Assembly (NCBI GenBank): GCA_963705165.1
Contig: CAVPJD010000007.1
Span: 1-64,000 of the forward strand
Reading direction: 5' to 3'
DNA from: an uncultured delta proteobacterium
Lineage (GTDB): Bacteria > Desulfobacterota > Syntrophia > Syntrophales > UBA2192
Length of the DNA stretch: 64,000 nt
The position numbers were made by a program, and so were the translations under genes. The notes under the pieces were generated by a model. It made no database searches, was not told the DNA's origin, and saw nothing but the letters and a program-made list of their open reading frames with translations. This document shows positions 59,600 to 64,000 of the stretch, piece by piece. Each line of letters opens with the position of its first letter. Position 1 is the stretch's first letter.

Positions 59600-60916
59600 T
59601 CACTGGAAGAGCGCCATCAGCTGCCTGCGACTCTCTTCAAAGCTCACTTTCTCGTTCATGTCCTGCCTCAGATAAGCATTGACCCGGTCGATCATCTTGA
59701 GGGCGTGATCGATTTCGGGGTTGCTTCCCGCCACATAGGCGCCGATGTTGATGAGGTCCTCGGCTTTCCGGTAGGTGGCGATGATGTTCATCAGATCATT
59801 GGCGCGCTTGCGCTGCTCGCCGTTGACGATGTCGATCATGACGCGGCTCACGCTCTCGAGAACGTCCACGGCCGGATAGTGGTTCTTCGCGGCGATCGAG
59901 CGCGACAGCGCAATGTGTCCGTCCAGAATGGATCGCGCCGCATCGGCGATCGGCTCGTTGAAGTCGTCGCCCTCGACCAGCACGGTGTAGAGCCCCGTGA
60001 TGCTTCCCTTGCCCTCAACGGGTCCCGTTCTCTCCAGCAGCTTCGGCAGGAGACTGAAGACGGATGGGGTATAGCCTTTTGTGGTCGGCGGCTCGCCCAC
60101 GGACAGACCGACCTCCCGCTGGGCCATGGCAAAGCGGGTGAGCGAATCCACCATGAGCAGGACGTCGCTGCCCTGATCCCGGAAATACTCGGCCACGGAG
60201 GTCGCCGCGTAGGCGGCCCGCATCCGGATCAGCGGGTGCCTATCCGAGGTGGCCACGATGACAACGGAGCGCCGGAGGCCCTCGGGGCCCAGGTTTTTCT
60301 CGACAAACTCGCGGACCTCGCGTCCGCGCTCGCCGATGAGCCCGATGACGTTCACATCGGCCTTCGTGTAGCGGGCGATCATGCCCATGAGAATGCTTTT
60401 CCCCACGCCGGAGCCGGAGAAAATGCCCATCTTCTGGCCCTTGCCGCAGGACAGCAGTCCGTTGAGGACACGGATGCCGAGATCCATGGGCTCCTCGATC
60501 CGGCCTCTCTGCAGGGGGTTGATCGGCTCGGCGTAGAGCGTGTATTCATCCTCGAGATCGATAGGGCCCTTGCCGTCGATCGGGTTGCCGAGGCCGTCGA
60601 TGACCCGGCCGAGAAGTTTCTTCCCCACGGCAATCGAGGCTTTTCGCCCGAGGGAGACGATCTTGCAGCCCGGCCCCACGCCCTGGAGGTTGTCCAGCGG
60701 CATCAGGAGGACCTTCCCCTTGCGGAACCCCACCACCTCGGCACGGAGCGTTTCGCAGGCTCCGCCATTGGCGAAGATGTTGCACATCTCGCCCACGGAA
60801 CTCGCCGGTCCGTGACCCTCGACCATAAGGCCGATGATCTCGCTCACCTTCCCGTTCACCTTGATCGGGTTGATCTGGTCGAGAATCCGTTGGTAGCGGT
60901 TGAAATCTAATGTCAT
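59600..60916 (-). CDS. fliI: Flagellar export ATPase FliI
   Basis: GSGVGKS, LIGERGREVREF, DSLTRFAMAQRE, LDGHI.LSR. Confidence 0.99.
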   Translation of the reverse strand: MTLDFNRYQRILDQINPIKVNGKVSEIIGLMVEGHGPASSVGEMCNIFANGGACETLRAEVVGFRKGKVLLMPLDNLQGVGPGCKIVSLGRKASIAVGKKLLGRVIDGLGNPIDGKGPIDLEDEYTLYAEPINPLQRGRIEEPMDLGIRVLNGLLSCGKGQKMGIFSGSGVGKSILMGMIARYTKADVNVIGLIGERGREVREFVEKNLGPEGLRRSVVIVATSDRHPLIRMRAAYAATSVAEYFRDQGSDVLLMVDSLTRFAMAQREVGLSVGEPPTTKGYTPSVFSLLPKLLERTGPVEGKGSITGLYTVLVEGDDFNEPIADAARSILDGHIALSRSIAAKNHYPAVDVLESVSRVMIDIVNGEQRKRANDLMNIIATYRKAEDLINIGAYVAGSNPEIDHALKMIDRVNAYLRQDMNEKVSFEESRRQLMALFQ

Positions 60917-60920
60917 GCTG

Positions 60921-61057
60921 GTCTATTCCGGTCTGTTCGGTCTATTCCGTCTGTTCCGTCTTGCCGCGCAGCGGCATTTAAAAGCCTACAGCCTGCAGTT
61001 CTACAGCCGACAGAAAGACCTGTTACCTGTTGGCTGTTGGCTGTACCTGCTGCCTGA
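60921..61057. repeat. 9-mer (GTCTRTTCC) array followed by an inverted heptamer pair
   Basis: gtctattccg gtctgttcg gtctattcc gtctgttcc; agcctac agcctgc ... cctgtta cctgttg gctgttg. Confidence 0.65.
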
Positions 61058-61068
61058 CGACTCCGTCG

Positions 61069-61752
61069 TCAGGCCTTCTGCGTGCCTTCCTTGAATGCCT
61101 TCAGGATCTCCTCGAGCTGCTGCTCGATGGTGGCGTCGATCTCTCCGAAAGCGGTCTCGATGACAGCGCCGCCGGGACCGATGGCCTCGTCGGCCTCGAG
61201 CGCAATCGACCGGATCCCTTCGAAACCGGCGATGAGGGCCGGGGTCAGTTTCGACATCCGTTCATGGTCGAGCGGGTTCAGGCGGATCTTGATCCGGTCG
61301 CGGTCCAGCACGTTTTTGACGGCCTCGCGCAGCACGCTGAGGATCACATCGCGGTCCGTCGCCACTTCCTGGCGGATCACCTTTCGGGCCACGGCGATCA
61401 CAAGCTTGAGCACCCTCGCTTCGCCGCGCTCCAGGATGCTGCGGCGGATGTTCTCCACCTCGAGAAGCAGCTTCTTCAGGGCCTCCGCCAGGGCAGCCAG
61501 CTCCTCCACCTTCTTCTCGGTTCCCTTGCGATACCCCTCGGCATGGCCCCGCTCATAGGCATGCTTCACGGCGACGCCGATCTTCTTTTCCGACTCGAGA
61601 AGGATCTCCTCGATGCGGGAGCGCCGCGGGGCAGCACCCTGGGAAAGATTCTCGCACCCGAAGTCGGCCGGCATGAAACGCGGCTTTTCCGTTGCGGGGC
61701 CGTCGACGACCTTGACGTTCCTGGACTTGATGACCCGATTAGATGAAGGCAT
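61069..61752 (-). CDS. fliH: Flagellar assembly protein FliH
   Basis: AYERG.AEGY..G repeats, IRLNP.D, GG.VIET..G.IDA. Confidence 0.95.
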   Translation of the reverse strand: MPSSNRVIKSRNVKVVDGPATEKPRFMPADFGCENLSQGAAPRRSRIEEILLESEKKIGVAVKHAYERGHAEGYRKGTEKKVEELAALAEALKKLLLEVENIRRSILERGEARVLKLVIAVARKVIRQEVATDRDVILSVLREAVKNVLDRDRIKIRLNPLDHERMSKLTPALIAGFEGIRSIALEADEAIGPGGAVIETAFGEIDATIEQQLEEILKAFKEGTQKA

Positions 61753-62737
61753 CGCCATCCTCGCGTGACAGCTGAATCCTGCCTTCCGCCTCGAGCCGCT
61801 TGCACACGTCCAGGATGGCCCGCTGGGCCTTCTCCACATCGGAGAGCCGGATGGGCGGCATCATTTCGATGTCTTCCTTCAGCATGTCGGCGCCGCGCTT
61901 GGACATGTTCTTGAACACCTTCTCGCGGCCCTCCGCGACGACGACCTTGAGGGCCTTGGAGAGGTCCTCGCTCGAGACCTCCCGCAGGAGTTCCTGGATG
62001 CTGCGGTCGTCGAGCTTCAGAATGTCGTCGAAGGTGAACATCAGGCCGCGGATCTCTGCGGCCAGCTCCGGGTCCGAACCGTCGAGCGAGGAAATGATCG
62101 CGCTTTCACTCGTGCGGTTCATGCGGTTGAGAATTTCCGCCATGAGCCCCACGCCGCCGATCTCCCTCTCGCTGGCCGCGCCGGAGATGAGTTCGCTTTC
62201 GAGGGTCTGGGCCACGTCCTCGATCAGGTCCGTGGGCACGCTCTTGAGGCTCGACATCCTCCGGACGATCTCGATCTGCATCTCCGGGCCGAGGGATTCC
62301 ATGATCTCGGCGGCCTGTTCGGGCCGCAGGTGGGCCAGGATGAGCGCGATGGTCTGGGGGTGCTCCATCTTCGTAAAGTCTTTCAGCAGCCGCGGGTCGA
62401 TGTCCCGGAGCTTCTCGAAGATGGGGTTCTCGCTGAACTTGTCCTTCTCGCCCTCGAGGGCCGTCAGGATGCTTCCCGCCTGCTCGGCCCCCAGGGCCCT
62501 CAGGACGATGTTCTTCGCCACGTCCTCCTTGACGGAAAGGATCCCGCCCTTTTCCTTGGCGAGCTCACAAAACTCCTTGGCCACCTCCTGGATATCACTG
62601 GCCGAGATGCTCGTGATCCGGCTCATGTACTTGCTGATGCGGCGGACCTCGGCGGACCGGAGGTTTTTCATGACCTCCGCCGCATGTTCCTCGTCGAGCG
62701 AGAGCAGAAGGATGGCTGCTTTTTCATCACTGTTCAT
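61739..62737 (-). CDS. fliG: Motor switch protein FliG
   Basis: KAAILLLSL, EHPQTIALIL, GG..AEILN, MFTFDD, NMS.R. Confidence 0.98.
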   Translation of the reverse strand: MNSDEKAAILLLSLDEEHAAEVMKNLRSAEVRRISKYMSRITSISASDIQEVAKEFCELAKEKGGILSVKEDVAKNIVLRALGAEQAGSILTALEGEKDKFSENPIFEKLRDIDPRLLKDFTKMEHPQTIALILAHLRPEQAAEIMESLGPEMQIEIVRRMSSLKSVPTDLIEDVAQTLESELISGAASEREIGGVGLMAEILNRMNRTSESAIISSLDGSDPELAAEIRGLMFTFDDILKLDDRSIQELLREVSSEDLSKALKVVVAEGREKVFKNMSKRGADMLKEDIEMMPPIRLSDVEKAQRAILDVCKRLEAEGRIQLSREDGDAFI

Positions 62738-62747
62738 TCTGAAATCC

Positions 62748-62839
62748 GGGCATAAGGCGTAAGGCTAAAGGCATAAGGCAATTTGGAATAAGAATTCTTC
62801 CTCTTTACCCTAAGCCATAAGCCGTAAGCCCTGAGCCTT
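62748..62839. repeat. Inverted pair of heptamer arrays (GGCATAA ... TAAGCCN)
   Basis: ggcataa ggcgtaa ggctaaa ggcataa ggca ... taagcca taagccg taagccc tgagcc. Confidence 0.8.
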
Positions 62840-62843
62840 CTGT

Positions 62844-64000
62844 TTATTTGATCCAATTTCGCAGGAGTTCGGCAAAGCGCTTGGAATCCGCCGATGCCAT
62901 GTGCCGCACGATGTCGGTCTCCGTCAGTTCGCGGGACTGCTGATGGGAGCCGAGGGAGAGCGTCACCCCGTCGCCGCCTTTGAGCGCGCCCGCGCCGGCG
63001 GGCACTTCCCGGACGGATACCGCCACCTCCCGCCCCCGCTCTGCGAGCATGCGGACGAGCGGCTTCGCGACGAAGAGTGCCACCAGGGCGATCACAACCA
63101 GCATCACGAGATACCGGACAAGCGGCATGAAGGGCATGAACTTGTCCAGCCAGGACTTTTCCGCCGTCTCCGCTCCCAAATCCACTTTCTTGAAGGGCAC
63201 GTTGGATACGACGACCTGGTCACCCCGCTTGGTGTCGAAGCCGGCGGACTTCTTGACGAGGTCTTCCAGGGCCGTCAGCTCCTTCTCGGGCCGCGGCTGG
63301 TATTCCTCGACGCCCTTGTCGCTCTTCACGTAGTTGCCGTCGATGAGGACGGCGATGGAGAGCTTTTTCACGTCGCCCACGGGCATGACGGTCTTGTTGA
63401 CCGTACGGCTGATCTCGTAGTTGATCGTCTCATCGGTCTTCTCGCGGTTTGACCCTGCAAGCCGCGGCGGCGCTGCCGCCTGCCGTGCCGTCGTCGCGAC
63501 GGAGCTTTCGCCCGCCCCGCCCGAGGTGGCGCCCGATTTTTCCTGCGAACGCTGGACGCTGCGGATGGCGGGCTCCTCGGAGTCGTACTTCTCCTCCGTT
63601 TTCTCCATGACCCGGAAGTCCAGGTCGGTGGAGATCCGCACGACGGCCTTCCCCTCGCCGACGACCTTCTCCAGCATGGAGGTGATGCGGCTCGTGAGGT
63701 CCTTCTCGACGTTCTTCTTGTACTCGATCTGCGAGTTGGACAGCTGGGCCATATCGCCCCCCTCGGTGACCTTCGAGAGGACCTTCCCGCTCGAGTCGAC
63801 GATCATCACGTCGCGGGGGCTCATCCCCTCGATGGAGCTCGACACGAGGTGCGCGATGCCGTTGATCTGCGGTTCGCTGAGGGTTCGCCCGCTTTTGAAC
63901 TTCACGATGACGCTGGCCGTGGGCTTTTTCTGGTCCTCCGAAAAGAGGGACTTCTTCGGGATCGCGAGGTGGACGCGGCTCTGCTGGATCTCGTCGAGGC
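62844..64000 (-). CDS. fliF: MS-ring protein FliF (5' part outside the window)
   Basis: RVHLAIP..SLF....PTASV, LVSSSIEG....V.IVDS.G, NYEIS, LSIAVL.DG, GFD.KRGD.V.V. Confidence 0.98.
   Translation of the reverse strand, partial: LDEIQQSRVHLAIPKKSLFSEDQKKPTASVIVKFKSGRTLSEPQINGIAHLVSSSIEGMSPRDVMIVDSSGKVLSKVTEGGDMAQLSNSQIEYKKNVEKDLTSRITSMLEKVVGEGKAVVRISTDLDFRVMEKTEEKYDSEEPAIRSVQRSQEKSGATSGGAGESSVATTARQAAAPPRLAGSNREKTDETINYEISRTVNKTVMPVGDVKKLSIAVLIDGNYVKSDKGVEEYQPRPEKELTALEDLVKKSAGFDTKRGDQVVVSNVPFKKVDLGAETAEKSWLDKFMPFMPLVRYLVMLVVIALVALFVAKPLVRMLAERGREVAVSVREVPAGAGALKGGDGVTLSLGSHQQSRELTETDIVRHMASADSKRFAELLRNWIK

Noticed and set aside
42726..61839. Long N-terminal extensions of FliA, FliN, FliL and FliH in the ORF track
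   Set aside because: They overlap upstream genes or promoter DNA; downstream starts fit the family lengths better.
28782..62762. Many long plus-strand ORFs (e.g. 35311..36888, 41985..43577, 45444..47003, 59576..60910)
   Set aside because: Antisense shadows of well-supported high-GC minus-strand flagellar genes; no recognisable motifs.

Overview
A near-complete flagellar and chemotaxis region from a high-GC bacterium. Gene order and protein style suggest Desulfobacterota, probably Syntrophales-like; this assignment is inference. The main cluster lies on the minus strand, read right to left: fliF(partial)-fliG-H-I-J-motE-like-fliK-flgD-flgE-fliL-M-N-O-P-Q-R-flhB-flhA-flhF-flhG-fliA, then accessory genes (second FliL, a degenerate histidine kinase, FliK-like and FlhB-like proteins), then flgF-G-A-H-I-J-M-N-K-L-flagellin-flbT-flaF. 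A plus-strand sugar biosynthesis and glycosylation island (10.4-26 kb) encodes rfbH/G/F, a NeuB-cupin fusion, a HAD hydrolase, a ThDP enzyme, a methyltransferase-like protein, a radical SAM enzyme, an SDR and a 1609-aa multi-GT2/TPR protein. The left end holds flaG, two TPR genes, a decayed higBA toxin-antitoxin pair, a GGDEF gene and an HTH-REC/cheW/Cache/MCP operon. Most notable: (1) an alphaproteobacterial-style flagellin with FlbT/FlaF inside a FliA/FlgM system, with no fliD, fliS, csrA, fliW or motAB in the window; (2) an enzyme set that could make a C4-branched higher-carbon 3,6-dideoxy sugar; (3) a sigma28-type TPR gene and a FlgL insertion as possible substitutes for FliD; (4) pervasive short-period intergenic repeats, often as inverted pairs. 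Many single-base frameshifts look like long-read assembly errors.
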